A stretch of DNA of 64,000 nt, taken from assembly GCA_035631035.1 (NCBI GenBank), contig DASQJL010000096.1:1234-65233 (forward strand), given 5' to 3'. Positions within the stretch are counted from its first letter, which is position 1, and each line of letters opens with the position of its first letter. Position numbers and translations under genes: made by a program. The stretch comes from Candidatus Binatia bacterium (GTDB lineage Bacteria > Eisenbacteria > RBG-16-71-46 > SZUA-252). Positions 24,683 to 34,476 of this stretch are shown here, one piece after another. The notes beneath the pieces were generated by a model. It was not told the DNA's origin. It searched no databases and worked only from the letters and a program-made list of their open reading frames with translations.

Positions 24683-26422
24683 CTAACGCAGGAACGCGAC
24701 TTTGCGGACCGCCGACCCTTCGGGCGTGGAGAGACGCATCCAGTAGACGCCGCTCGCGGCGGGCGAGCCGCCCTGGCCGCGTCCGTCCCAGGTGAGCGCG
24801 TGGGTGCCCGGCTCGGAGATCCGCTGCTCGATGGTGCGCACCAGCGCTCCGCGCGCGTCGAAGACCTGGACCCGGACCGGGCCGCTCGTTCGGGTCGTGA
24901 AGGCGATGCTCGCCGCGCCGCGCGCCGGATTTCCGGAAGCGATGCGGGCCGCGAGGGGGCCGCCGTCGATCGCGGCCGCGAGGCCGGTCGGTCCCACCGG
25001 GTGGCGCACGGCCTGGTCCAGCTGGATCAACCCGTTCCCATAGAGCGGGTCGAAGGCCCGGGTCGTCTGGAACCGGTTCACCGCCGTGGCCCGGAGCGTC
25101 TGCTCGATCGCGCCCTGGTCGCGGAGCCCCAGCGAGCGGAGGAGCGCCACCGCACCCGAAACGTGCGGTGCCGCGTTCGACGTGCCGAACTGCACGAAGA
25201 CGTCGAACGAATCGGGATTCGCGAGGGACCCGGCCGAGCGGTAGGGCTTGATGCTCAGCACGAAGATGCCGTCCTGGACATGGTCGCCGTTCACGTCGCC
25301 GAAATCGCCTCCGGGGGCCATGAAGTCGACGTCGGGCCCGTACGAGGAGTAGGCCGCGCGCGTGTCGTCGGGGCCCGTGGCGCCGACGGCGATGACGCCC
25401 GGGTATCCGGCGGGCAGGCTCACTTCCGGCGCGCCGAAATTGCCGGTGGCGGCCACGAGGATCGTGCCGCGGCGCTGCGCGTAGGTCACCGCGTCCTGCA
25501 GCGGGTTGAACATGTGCGCCAGGAAGCTCTCCCGGTATCCGAGAGCCCGGAACAGGCGCACCGGCGGGAAGCCGAGGCTCAGGTTGGCGATGTCGGCGCC
25601 CTGGTCGGCCGCGAGGCGGATCCCCTTGATGATCCACTCCATGTCCGAGTCGTTCCGGTAATCGATCACCTTGATCGGCAGGATCGTCACGCCGAAGGCG
25701 ATCCCCGCGCTGCCGGCCGTGTTGTTGGCCGCGCCCGCGGCGATCGTGGTGATGAACGTGCCGTGCCCGTTGTCGTCGTTGGGGTGGGCGTCCTCATGCA
25801 CGAAGTCCCAGCCGGGGAGGAAGGGCCCCGGAAGCTCAGGCGAGCGGCGGTACATGGTCACGCCCGGCTTGACGAAGGGGCGCTCGTATTCGGGAATCTC
25901 GTGATCTTCGTACGCCACGCCGGTGTCGATGATGGCGAGAACGACGTCGGGATGTCCGGTCACGACGTCCCAGGCGTCATAGGCGTGCACCGCGCGCAGG
26001 TTCCAGGCGAGATCGAAATGCGCGATGGTCGTGTCGTTGGGCGTGAAGAAGCCGCGCGCGTAGAGGTTCGGGGCCGCGTAGTCCACGTCGGCACGCGCGT
26101 TCCAGTGGTCCAGCATGTCGTCGACGGTCTGCCCCGGGGCGAGCCGGATCTTCACGAGACCGTCCGGCGTCACGTCGCTCGCCAGCTGGGCGCCCTCGGA
26201 CGCGGCTGCCGCCTGCCGCTGTGCGGCCGTGACCGATCCCTTGAACTGCACGAGCAGCTCGCCGGGGACGTATCCGGGTTGGTGGAATCCGGGCTCGAGC
26301 CCGACCGGGATCTCCCAGAGCCACGACTGCGCGACGGCGGGGGCAGGAGCAAGGAGGGAGAGCGCCGCGACGATCAGGACGGCGGTCGAGAGGCTGTCTG
26401 CAATCCACCGGAACCGGATCAT
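24683..26422 (-). CDS. subtilisin-like S8 serine protease with T9SS-type C-terminal sorting (FlgD-Ig-like) domain
   Basis: Asp/His/Ser triad (AIIDTGV, HGTFIT, GTSNAAPHVSG). The C-terminal roughly 80 aa ending GVYWMRLSTPEGSAVRKVAFLR match the Por/T9SS sorting-domain signature. GGAGG upstream of ATG; signal peptide. Confidence 0.9.
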   Translation of the reverse strand: MIRFRWIADSLSTAVLIVAALSLLAPAPAVAQSWLWEIPVGLEPGFHQPGYVPGELLVQFKGSVTAAQRQAAAASEGAQLASDVTPDGLVKIRLAPGQTVDDMLDHWNARADVDYAAPNLYARGFFTPNDTTIAHFDLAWNLRAVHAYDAWDVVTGHPDVVLAIIDTGVAYEDHEIPEYERPFVKPGVTMYRRSPELPGPFLPGWDFVHEDAHPNDDNGHGTFITTIAAGAANNTAGSAGIAFGVTILPIKVIDYRNDSDMEWIIKGIRLAADQGADIANLSLGFPPVRLFRALGYRESFLAHMFNPLQDAVTYAQRRGTILVAATGNFGAPEVSLPAGYPGVIAVGATGPDDTRAAYSSYGPDVDFMAPGGDFGDVNGDHVQDGIFVLSIKPYRSAGSLANPDSFDVFVQFGTSNAAPHVSGAVALLRSLGLRDQGAIEQTLRATAVNRFQTTRAFDPLYGNGLIQLDQAVRHPVGPTGLAAAIDGGPLAARIASGNPARGAASIAFTTRTSGPVRVQVFDARGALVRTIEQRISEPGTHALTWDGRGQGGSPAASGVYWMRLSTPEGSAVRKVAFLR

Positions 26423-26567
26423 GCGTCCTCCGCGGAAGGTCGGGGCGCGTTGCGGGCCCGCTGCGGTGTGCGATCCGGGGGGACGGCGGCACTCGGCGCG
26501 GAACGAGATGTCCATCAATTCTAGCATACGTGCGCCGCACGCCGACGCGACGGGAAAACGCTCCGGG

Positions 26568-27635
26568 CTAGGCCAGCCGCTCCCCCGACTCGGGATCGAA
26601 GAGGACAGCACGGGAGGCATCGGGACGAAGCCGGATCGCCGCCCCCGGCGCCGGGGCGCTTTCGGAGGGCGGAATCCGGATCACCATCCTCCCCCAGTCG
26701 CCGCCCGCGTGGAGGAGGGACTCCCCGCCCAGGTGCTCCACCCGCTCCACGCGCGCCGCCATGTCCCCGCCGGACAGCGCGACCCCTTCGGGGCGGAGGC
26801 CGAGCAGAGCGCGCCCGGCCCGCGGACGCGCGGCCGCTCCCAGGTCCAGGCGCCAGCCGCTCGCCTGAAACGAGGCGCCGCCCGCGCCGCGCACCACCTC
26901 GCCCTCGATGAGGTTGATCGGCGGCTCCCCCACGAAGCGCGCGACGAAGAGGTCGCGCGGGTCGCGATAGACCGACTGCGGCGCCCCGATCTGCCGGACC
27001 TGCCCCGCGCGCATGACGGCGACCTGGTCGCCCAGCGACAGCGCCTCCTTCTGGTCATGGGTGACGTAGATCGACGTGGTGCGCGTCAGCCGGTGGAGGC
27101 GCGCCAGCTCCTCGCGGAGCTCCTGGCGGAGCTGGGCGTCCAGGCTGGAGAGCGGCTCGTCGAAGAGGTAGAGCCTGGGGCGGCGCACCAGCGCGCGGCC
27201 CACCGCGACCCGCTGGCGCTCGCCGCCGGAGAGCTCGCGGGGACGCTTCTGGAGATAGCGCGTGAGCCCCAGCGTCTCCGCCGCTTCCTTCACCCGGCGA
27301 TCGGTCTCCGCCTCCGGCGTCTTCCGCGCGCGGAGCCCCAGCCCCAGGTTCTCGGCGACCGTCATGTGCGGGTAGAGCGCGAGCCCCTGGAACACCATCG
27401 CCACGTCGCGGTCCTTGGGTTCGAGGCGGGTCACGTCGGACCCGTCCATGCGGATCGAGCCGGACGTGGGCATCTCCAGACCCGCGATGAGTCGAAGGAG
27501 GCTAGACTTGCCGCACCCGGAGGGACCGAGGATCGCGAGGAACGCGCCGTCCTCGAGCGCGAGGTCCACGCCATCCACGGCGCGGGTGCCGTTGGGATAG
27601 GTCAGCGTGAGCGCGGCGAGCGTGAGGGAAGCCAT
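26568..27635 (-). CDS. ABC transporter ATP-binding protein, MalK/UgpC/MsiK type with C-terminal TOBE domain (orphan ATPase)
   Basis: Walker A GPSGCGKSS, signature LSGGERQR, Walker B LYLFDEPLS, H-loop; C-terminal regulatory beta-barrel. Confidence 0.9.
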   Translation of the reverse strand: MASLTLAALTLTYPNGTRAVDGVDLALEDGAFLAILGPSGCGKSSLLRLIAGLEMPTSGSIRMDGSDVTRLEPKDRDVAMVFQGLALYPHMTVAENLGLGLRARKTPEAETDRRVKEAAETLGLTRYLQKRPRELSGGERQRVAVGRALVRRPRLYLFDEPLSSLDAQLRQELREELARLHRLTRTTSIYVTHDQKEALSLGDQVAVMRAGQVRQIGAPQSVYRDPRDLFVARFVGEPPINLIEGEVVRGAGGASFQASGWRLDLGAAARPRAGRALLGLRPEGVALSGGDMAARVERVEHLGGESLLHAGGDWGRMVIRIPPSESAPAPGAAIRLRPDASRAVLFDPESGERLA

Positions 27636-27718
27636 GCGCGGCTACGGTAGCAGGCGATCGGGGGCCGTGCCAGCGTCCGCACGGCCCTTCTGCGAGGAAG
27701 GCACCCGGGGTGCGGCCG

Positions 27719-28228
27719 CTAGATCCTCCGCGAGTCGTACGCCCAGTGGAGCAGCGCCTGCCGCTGCCGGGGGCGGCAGGAGAGGTCCCTGCGGCGGCAG
27801 TTCTTCTCGATCTGCGCGGCGTGCCGGCGCACCGCGCGCCAGCGCCGGATCTGCCGCTCGTCGTCGGGGCAGCGACGCCCCGAGTAGTAGCGGCAGTACC
27901 ACTGGAACCAGCCGCGCGGATCCTCGCGGTAGATCCACCCCTTCTTCCTCCAGACCGAGAGCGGCTGCGACGCGTTCACGCCGAAGTAGTTGAGCGCCGG
28001 ATCGTGCCGCTCGGGACAGAGCTTGGCGAACCGGAACCAGTCGGCGGGGAATTCCGCGAGACAGTCGGTCATGTAGCGTCCGCCGAAGACGCCCAGCCGA
28101 AGGAGCTGCTTGGGGGTCAGCTCCGGGCGGAACTCGGGATGGAAGTTCCGCCCCATCGGCTCGGTGCGATGGTAGGCGTATCCTCGCTGCATCCGGTCGT
28201 TCACGACGATCCGCGCGCCGCGGGTCAT
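27719..28228 (-). CDS. conserved hypothetical Cys/Trp-rich protein
   Basis: 169 aa beginning MTRGARIVV at residue 137 of the track ORF. Four Cys, and FGGRYMTDCLAEFPADWF...WFQWYCRYYSGRRCPDDERQIRRWRA. Confidence 0.6.
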   Translation of the reverse strand: MTRGARIVVNDRMQRGYAYHRTEPMGRNFHPEFRPELTPKQLLRLGVFGGRYMTDCLAEFPADWFRFAKLCPERHDPALNYFGVNASQPLSVWRKKGWIYREDPRGWFQWYCRYYSGRRCPDDERQIRRWRAVRRHAAQIEKNCRRRDLSCRPRQRQALLHWAYDSRRI

Positions 28229-28241
28229 GATGACGCGCCAG

Positions 28242-29810
28242 TCAAGCGCGCGGCGACGGGGCCGGCTCGGCGCGACGGCCCAGCCGGGAAGCGAGGTCGC
28301 GCTCCCGGGACGCTGCCGAGGCATAGCCCTCGTGCTCCAGCACCAGGGCCTCGGCGCGATGGCTCCCCTCGTAGGCGGCGTCCACGCGCAGCATCGCCTC
28401 GGCGGCGTCGGAGGCGACCTCCCACGCTCCGGCCTCGCGCGCGAGGCGGCCCGCCCACTCCAGCTCGAAGAGCGTGAGCGCGCGCGCCGGATCGCCGCGT
28501 GAGGGCGCGCCGGCGGCCGCGTCCCGAACGGCCTGCTCCAGGGCGTCGGCGCGCGGCACGGTCGCGCCCGTCGCCGCGGGGATCGCCAGCGCTTCGCGAC
28601 GCGCGGCCTCGATCTCGCCCCGCATCTCCTCGTCACGCCGCAGGGCGCGCAGCGCCCAGGCGGCGCGGACGTGTCCCGCGACCCGGGTTGCCGAGGAGGG
28701 ATCGCGGGTCATCGCGCGGGCCAGCCGGAGCGCTTCGGCCCAGCGCCCGGCGGCGATCAGGTCGCCCGGCAGCTCGAGCGATTCGCGCGCGAGGAGCGTG
28801 GAGACCACCCCGTCCGGCGCATCCGGCCGCGCTCGTGGTGGCACCGTCCGACGTCCCTCGTCCTGGGCCACCGCGGCCATGAGATTCAGATTGTGGCTGT
28901 GGTGCCAGTCGTAGCGGGGCTCGATGCCTTCGTTCCGGTAGTAGGCGCGCTCCATGGCGTCGGCCCTCCGGAACTGCGCGACGGCTTCGGCGATCCGTCC
29001 CGCGCGCCGAAGCGCGTGCCCCCACATGTGCGCGGCATGCGGGATCGACGGCGCGAGGCGCGCGTATTCCGCGCCGTGAGCCAGCGCGCTGTCGGCGATC
29101 CCCAGCCCCTCGTAGGTGTGCGTCAGGAAATGGTGGGCCGAGGCGTGGTCGGGGATCAGCCGGAGCACGTGCCGGTAATAGGAGATCGAGGCCTCGGTCC
29201 CCAGCTGGCCGCGACCGGCCGGGCTCGGCTCCTCGGCGTTCCCGCGCAAGAGGAGGAGTCCGATGTCGTCGGGATCCGATGCGAGCGCCTCATCCAGGGC
29301 CTTCTTGTACGCGCGGAACTTCCGTTCGTTCTTGGGATCGTCCATGGCCTCGAGCTGCTTCGCGCGGATCGCGATGCGCCGCCGTTCGCGCGGGCTCGCC
29401 TCCGACTGCAGCGTCCGGGCGGCCGCCAGCTCCTGCTTCGCGGCCGAGGCGTCCTCCAGCCCCGTGAACGAGCGGCTCAGGCCGATGTGCGCCATGGCGA
29501 GGCGAGGATCGAGCCGGAGCGCCTGGTGGAACGATCGCGCGGCCTCCACCCAGACGTACGACTCCAGGTAGTCCAGCCCCTGATCGTAGAGGGCCTGGGC
29601 CTCCGAGGACGTCGTGGTGACCGGCTCATGCGAGTTGCCGATGCCGGAACGCAGCCCGACGGGGCGCTCGAGGATGGAATCGGGGACGCCCCCGTGCGCC
29701 CGGGCATCGGCGGGCGACGCCGGGGCCGCGCCGGCCGGAATCGCCGCGATCCAGAGGACGCAAACGGCGCCGATGCGGCGAAGGCAGCGATCGAGGGCAT
29801 TCGGGAACAT
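28242..29810 (-). CDS. secreted TPR-repeat protein
   Basis: Signal peptide, then TPR-like helical repeats (ALYDQGLDYL..., AMAHIGLSRSF...). Confidence 0.7.
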   Translation of the reverse strand: MFPNALDRCLRRIGAVCVLWIAAIPAGAAPASPADARAHGGVPDSILERPVGLRSGIGNSHEPVTTTSSEAQALYDQGLDYLESYVWVEAARSFHQALRLDPRLAMAHIGLSRSFTGLEDASAAKQELAAARTLQSEASPRERRRIAIRAKQLEAMDDPKNERKFRAYKKALDEALASDPDDIGLLLLRGNAEEPSPAGRGQLGTEASISYYRHVLRLIPDHASAHHFLTHTYEGLGIADSALAHGAEYARLAPSIPHAAHMWGHALRRAGRIAEAVAQFRRADAMERAYYRNEGIEPRYDWHHSHNLNLMAAVAQDEGRRTVPPRARPDAPDGVVSTLLARESLELPGDLIAAGRWAEALRLARAMTRDPSSATRVAGHVRAAWALRALRRDEEMRGEIEAARREALAIPAATGATVPRADALEQAVRDAAAGAPSRGDPARALTLFELEWAGRLAREAGAWEVASDAAEAMLRVDAAYEGSHRAEALVLEHEGYASAASRERDLASRLGRRAEPAPSPRA

Positions 29811-29926
29811 GCGAGAGACCACCGATGGACAGGTTCGGAACCGGGCGGGCGCGTGGCCCAACCTGTTTGGATGGAATCGCGACCGGGCGCGATTCAGCGA
29901 TTCCGAGGCCCTAAATGAGTGCGGGG

Positions 29927-31048
29927 CTATTTCTTCCGCGGCTCCTCCAGCCCCTCGTCCGGCCGCCGGTAGGTTCCGCTCCGGATCTGCCGCACCATCG
30001 CGACCAGCTCCTTCGCGGCGTGCCGCGTCTCCTCCTGGAATGCCGCGTCGCGGTCCAGGTCGTCGTGGCTGGTGGCGTAGGGCTCGTAGTAGCCGACGTA
30101 GCGATCGATTCCCGCGACGGGCCCGGCCGGGATCATCTCGAGATCGGTCATCCAGTCCACGAGAATCCGGCGCAGGTTCTCCGCGCCGGCCGCGTCCGCG
30201 TGCACGACCACCGAGAACGCGCGCCCGGCCAGATGCTTCGGGTAGGGCCACCCGGCCAGCTCGATCGCTTTCGCCCTGGCGGCATCCTTCCCGCGGGTCG
30301 TCGTCGGATCGGGATTCCCTCCGTCGGCGCAGACCAGGCGATCGATCATCAGCTTGAGCACGCTGGGCGACTGGTACCAGTTCACCGGCGTCACGATCAT
30401 CACGCCGTGCGCGGCGATCCACATCGGGTAGATGTCCGCCATCCAGTCGTTCACCTGGCCCAGCGCGTGGTTCGGGTAGCAGGAGCACGGCCAGTGGCAG
30501 AGCGGCTGCGCCGTCGAGACGCATGCCTTGCAGGGATAGATCACCAGATGCGCCTCGGCGGTGAGGCGGCTCAGATCCAGGAAGTCCACCTCCACGCCCG
30601 GCTCGCCGGCGATCGCCTCGCGCGCGATCTTCGTCAGGCGATAGGTCTTCGAGATCTCGCCGGGGCAGGTCTGGTCGGTGCGCGCCGAGGCGTTGATGAC
30701 GAGGATGCGCGAAGCGCCGGCGGGGTCGTCGTGCCGTTTCTGAGCCTCGAGGACGCGGCGCCGCGCATCGAGCCACTCCACGGGAAGGGGAAAGCTCGGG
30801 TCGGCGAACTCCGGGCCGGCCGGCTTCGTGCGCGGGCTCTTGCGATACTCGTGGTAGGCCTGCCACGCCACGTCGATGACGCGCTCCAGCTCGCCCGGGA
30901 TCTTCTCGAACGCGGGGTCGTAGGCGCGCGCCAGGATGCGCGCCCGGAAGGTCTCGCGATCCAGGTCGAACTTCTGGTCGCCCTTCACGACCCTTGGCTC
31001 CGGAGCGTCTCCGGCGCCGGCCGCCCTGCCGCTTTCGTCGCCCGTCAT
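29927..31048 (-). CDS. iron-sulfur flavoprotein (Isf)-like / NADPH-dependent FMN reductase-fold protein with N-terminal extension
   Basis: Flavodoxin-like ILVINASAR...; compact Cys motif CKACVSTAQPLCHWPCSC (CxxCx7Cx3CxC). Confidence 0.75.
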   Translation of the reverse strand: MTGDESGRAAGAGDAPEPRVVKGDQKFDLDRETFRARILARAYDPAFEKIPGELERVIDVAWQAYHEYRKSPRTKPAGPEFADPSFPLPVEWLDARRRVLEAQKRHDDPAGASRILVINASARTDQTCPGEISKTYRLTKIAREAIAGEPGVEVDFLDLSRLTAEAHLVIYPCKACVSTAQPLCHWPCSCYPNHALGQVNDWMADIYPMWIAAHGVMIVTPVNWYQSPSVLKLMIDRLVCADGGNPDPTTTRGKDAARAKAIELAGWPYPKHLAGRAFSVVVHADAAGAENLRRILVDWMTDLEMIPAGPVAGIDRYVGYYEPYATSHDDLDRDAAFQEETRHAAKELVAMVRQIRSGTYRRPDEGLEEPRKK

Positions 31049-31052
31049 GGGG

Positions 31053-32573
31053 TCAGCTCTCCAGGGGTCTCGGGAAGGTCGTTGCGGCCGGAATGAGCTC
31101 CGCGTCGGGTCCCGGGTCGCGGCGGAGCAGCGTCGCGATCGCGATGCCGAACGAGAGCGCCTGGCCGACCAGCCCCACCATGAGGTCGGCTCGATCCGGC
31201 AGCGGGGGCGCCCCCACGATCAACGCCCACGCCAGCGCGAAGGCGATCACCAGCGGAACGCGGCCGCGAATGCCTCCCGCCAGGTACGTCAGCAGCCAGA
31301 GCGCCGTGACGGTGACGTAGGAGGAGGGGGCGAACGGCGCCCGCAACGAGGCGATCGTCAGGAGCGCGAGCCAGGTGCGCGCCTCGCCCACACGGCTCCG
31401 GAATCCGCGAGCGGCCCTCTGATTGAGCGCGAGGATCGCCAGGGTGAAGAGCCAGACCAACGCGAGGCCCACCCCCCGGCTCATCCCCGGCAGGCCGAGA
31501 AGGGCCAGCTTCGGGACCACGCTCGCGATCGAGAAGTTCCGCGACAGGAAGAAGACAGGCACGCCGGGCCGGTTCACGAAGGAGAACGCCTCGCCGGTGA
31601 CGATGCGCGGCACCTGGAACGTGAAGAAGTCCAGGAGCGGCTTCCACCCCACGACCGGGATCGAGAGGAGCGTGAACCCGGCGAGGAAGGCGACGCTCCA
31701 CCCGGCCGCCGGCCACTGGCGGCGCAGCGCCAGGTAGAGAAGGAACATCGCCGGAAAGACTTTCCCGAGGATCGCGAACGCGAGCAGGGCTCCGCCCAGT
31801 GCCGCGCGCCGCTCCTCGAACGCGATCATCGCCACCACGGTGAGGCCGACCGCCATCATGTGGAACTGCCCGAACTGGAGATCGAACATCGTCGGGATCG
31901 AGGCGAAGAGCAGGGGCAAAAGCAGCCCCGCCGTCAGCCCGTAGCGTCCGCCGACCCACGCGGCGAGGAGGAGAACGGCCGCCATCAGCGACACGGTCTG
32001 GAGCGCGAACCACGCGGCGCGAATCGCGTCGAAGGAGTTCGTGGCCGCGAGCGCCGCGCGCGGCAGCAGCAGGAAGGGCGACGGGTACTCGTACGGGTCC
32101 TCGATCCAGCGGCTCAGCCCCGCGACCGGAGAGGGAAATCCCGGCGCGCTGTCGACCGGCGCCGTGAAGGCGGGATACCAGCGCGGGTCGTAGATGTTCT
32201 CCTCGCCCCGGCGCGCGAGATCGGCGGCGTGCACGTAGGCGGACAGGCACTGGTGGTTCGAGACGAGCGGGTCGGGAATCGTGGAGCCCCAGAGCCTCGA
32301 GGAGTCGGCCATGAAGGCGGAGAGGCGGCCCATCTGCGCGATCGCCACGAGCGCGAGGAGAAGCCAGGCCGCGGCCACGAGCGGGCGCCGCCGGATGGCT
32401 CCGCGCAGCGATCCCGGAAGACGGCGGGCGCCCCACGGGAGGGCGGCGAAGCAGGCGATCAGGGCCGCGACGGCCAGCGGGACCGATGCCCGTGCCGCGA
32501 TCGGGACGATCACGGCGGCCGCGAGCGCGGAACCGAAGAAGGCGACGGTCCACTGCTCGAGGCTGGGGCGCAT
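31053..32573 (-). CDS. polytopic integral membrane protein, putative GT-C-type glycosyltransferase (DUF2029-like)
   Basis: More than 10 predicted TM spans. ATG at residue 41 of the track ORF overlaps the Nudix stop by 1 nt (TGATG). Confidence 0.65.
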   Translation of the reverse strand: MRPSLEQWTVAFFGSALAAAVIVPIAARASVPLAVAALIACFAALPWGARRLPGSLRGAIRRRPLVAAAWLLLALVAIAQMGRLSAFMADSSRLWGSTIPDPLVSNHQCLSAYVHAADLARRGEENIYDPRWYPAFTAPVDSAPGFPSPVAGLSRWIEDPYEYPSPFLLLPRAALAATNSFDAIRAAWFALQTVSLMAAVLLLAAWVGGRYGLTAGLLLPLLFASIPTMFDLQFGQFHMMAVGLTVVAMIAFEERRAALGGALLAFAILGKVFPAMFLLYLALRRQWPAAGWSVAFLAGFTLLSIPVVGWKPLLDFFTFQVPRIVTGEAFSFVNRPGVPVFFLSRNFSIASVVPKLALLGLPGMSRGVGLALVWLFTLAILALNQRAARGFRSRVGEARTWLALLTIASLRAPFAPSSYVTVTALWLLTYLAGGIRGRVPLVIAFALAWALIVGAPPLPDRADLMVGLVGQALSFGIAIATLLRRDPGPDAELIPAATTFPRPLES

Positions 32574-33061
32574 CAGAATCCGGTCTCGATCGGCTCCGAC
32601 GGCAACCCTCCTTCGATCAGGTCCGCGACCAGCGATCCCAGCCGCATCGGGGCGAATTCCTTCGATTCGGCCGGGAGCTCCGCGAGGGGCCACCAGCGGA
32701 GCTCGGCCATCGCCTCCCGCTCGGACGGCACCGGATTGCGCGAGGTGTCGGGCTCGAACCGATCGGCGCGGACCAGGTAGAAGTGCTCGCGCTCATTCAC
32801 CCACTGGCCGGCCCAGCGGTAGCGGCCGTGACGGACCCAGACCTGGGCGCCGATGTCGAGATCGCCTCGTCCCAGCTCTTCCTCCAGCTCCCGGCGCAGC
32901 GCTTCGCGGTGCGTCTCGCCGGGGGCGATGCCCCCTCCCGGCGTGATCCAGAGCCTCCGGTCCGGAACGACGAGGTGGATCAGGAGCAGCGCGGGATCGG
33001 GCGTCAGGATCAGCGCGCGCACGCACTCACGCAAGCGAAACGTCGGAGCGAACGCGGTCAT
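32573..33061 (-). CDS. NUDIX hydrolase
   Basis: Nudix box GGGIAPGETHREALRRELEEELG. Confidence 0.8.
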   Translation of the reverse strand: MTAFAPTFRLRECVRALILTPDPALLLIHLVVPDRRLWITPGGGIAPGETHREALRRELEEELGRGDLDIGAQVWVRHGRYRWAGQWVNEREHFYLVRADRFEPDTSRNPVPSEREAMAELRWWPLAELPAESKEFAPMRLGSLVADLIEGGLPSEPIETGF

Positions 33062-33071
33062 GCGATGGCGT

Positions 33072-33860
33072 TCAGGGCCGCTTGCGGGCTTTCCAGACTT
33101 CCTCCGACGGCCACTGTCGCGCCCATTCCGCCGTGACGAAGGGATGGCGCGTGGTCGCGCCTTCCGGCGGGCGCACCTCGACGAGGTCCTCCACTTCGAA
33201 TCCGGCACCGCGCAGGATCCGGAACCATTCGCCGTGGCTCTTGTGGAACTCGACGCCCGAATCGCCGGGCCAGGCGATCCGCCCCATCCCGAACGCGGGG
33301 CGAAGAAGTCGCTCGCCGGCCGCCTCGGTTTCATCCTCCGGCATGCAGAGCATCAGGAGGAACGCGTTGGTCAGGAAGTGGAGCCGCCCGCCGGGTCGGA
33401 GGAGTCGCGCGGCCTCCGGCACCCATTGCTCCGGATCGGCCCAGAGACACGCCCCGTATTCGGAGATCGCGAAGTCGAACGATGCGTCCGGATAGGGGAC
33501 CGACTCCGCGTTGCCATGGACCAGCGGAAATTCGAGGCCGTGCTCGCGCTGAAGCCGGCGCGCGGTTTCGAGCTGCGTCTCGGAATTGTCGATGCCGACG
33601 ACGCGGGCGCCGCGGCGCGCGAGCCAGGAGGAAACGTACGCCGTGCCGCATCCCAGCTCGATCGCGTCGCGGCCCGAGAGGTCGTCCGGAAGCATTCCGA
33701 TCTCTCGCTCGGGAATGTTCCAGATGCCCCAGGTCGGCTCGCGCGCCGCCCAGTGGCGCTCGCCCGAGGCGACGTAATCGCTCGCTTTCTGGTCCCAGTA
33801 CGTCCGGTTGTGGAGGACGTGCTCCGGAAGCTCCGTCACACGCTTCCCGGTTACATCCAC
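33072..33860 (-). CDS. class I SAM-dependent methyltransferase
   Basis: Motif I ELGCGTAY and motif post-I VVGIDNS. Confidence 0.85.
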   Translation of the reverse strand: MDVTGKRVTELPEHVLHNRTYWDQKASDYVASGERHWAAREPTWGIWNIPEREIGMLPDDLSGRDAIELGCGTAYVSSWLARRGARVVGIDNSETQLETARRLQREHGLEFPLVHGNAESVPYPDASFDFAISEYGACLWADPEQWVPEAARLLRPGGRLHFLTNAFLLMLCMPEDETEAAGERLLRPAFGMGRIAWPGDSGVEFHKSHGEWFRILRGAGFEVEDLVEVRPPEGATTRHPFVTAEWARQWPSEEVWKARKRP

Positions 33861-34363
33861 GGCTCGTCCGCGGTCGGTCCATAGATCGAGGGCACCTTGC
33901 CTCCCGCCATGCGGAGGTAGATGGAGAACTGCCCTCGATGGTGGATCTGATCGTGGAGCAGGAACCAGCAGACGTTCATGCGCGGGATGTCGCCCATCTG
34001 TTTCGGGCCGACGAAGAAGCGGACCGTCTCTTGAAGTTTCTCCTCCGGCATCGACCGGATCAGGTTGCCGAACTCGCGATGGGCGTCCTCGACGGCCTCG
34101 ATCAGCTCGAACCAGGAGCTGGGCGCGGGCGGAGGGTTGCCCGAGGGGGCGCTGCTCGCAAACGCGTCGTTCATGAGCATCACGCCCAGGCCGCGTTCCA
34201 GCTTGAAGACCCAGGCCAGCTCGCGCGCGGTCTTCGACATGGCGTGGGGCCGGAGATCCAGCTTGTCCTCGGGGTAGGCGTGGAGGATACGCATGGTGCG
34301 CTGGTGCTCGTCTTCGTAGACGGCCAGGAACTGCTCTTTATGGGAATGGGTGATGGTCGCCAT
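33851..34363 (-). CDS. DinB/YfiT-like (DinB_2) four-helix-bundle metalloprotein
   Basis: DinB-superfamily His triad pattern (H...HxxxH: LLHDQIHHRGQ). Confidence 0.75.
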   Translation of the reverse strand: MATITHSHKEQFLAVYEDEHQRTMRILHAYPEDKLDLRPHAMSKTARELAWVFKLERGLGVMLMNDAFASSAPSGNPPPAPSSWFELIEAVEDAHREFGNLIRSMPEEKLQETVRFFVGPKQMGDIPRMNVCWFLLHDQIHHRGQFSIYLRMAGGKVPSIYGPTADEPWM

Positions 34364-34476
34364 GGGGCAGGCTCCTAACGCCGCGCCCGGGGCGCGGACG
34401 GGAAGAGACTAGTTCGCGATCGATCGGAGCCGGGGGCTGCTCCCGGGTCGGAATCGGATCGTAACTCGATTGTCGC

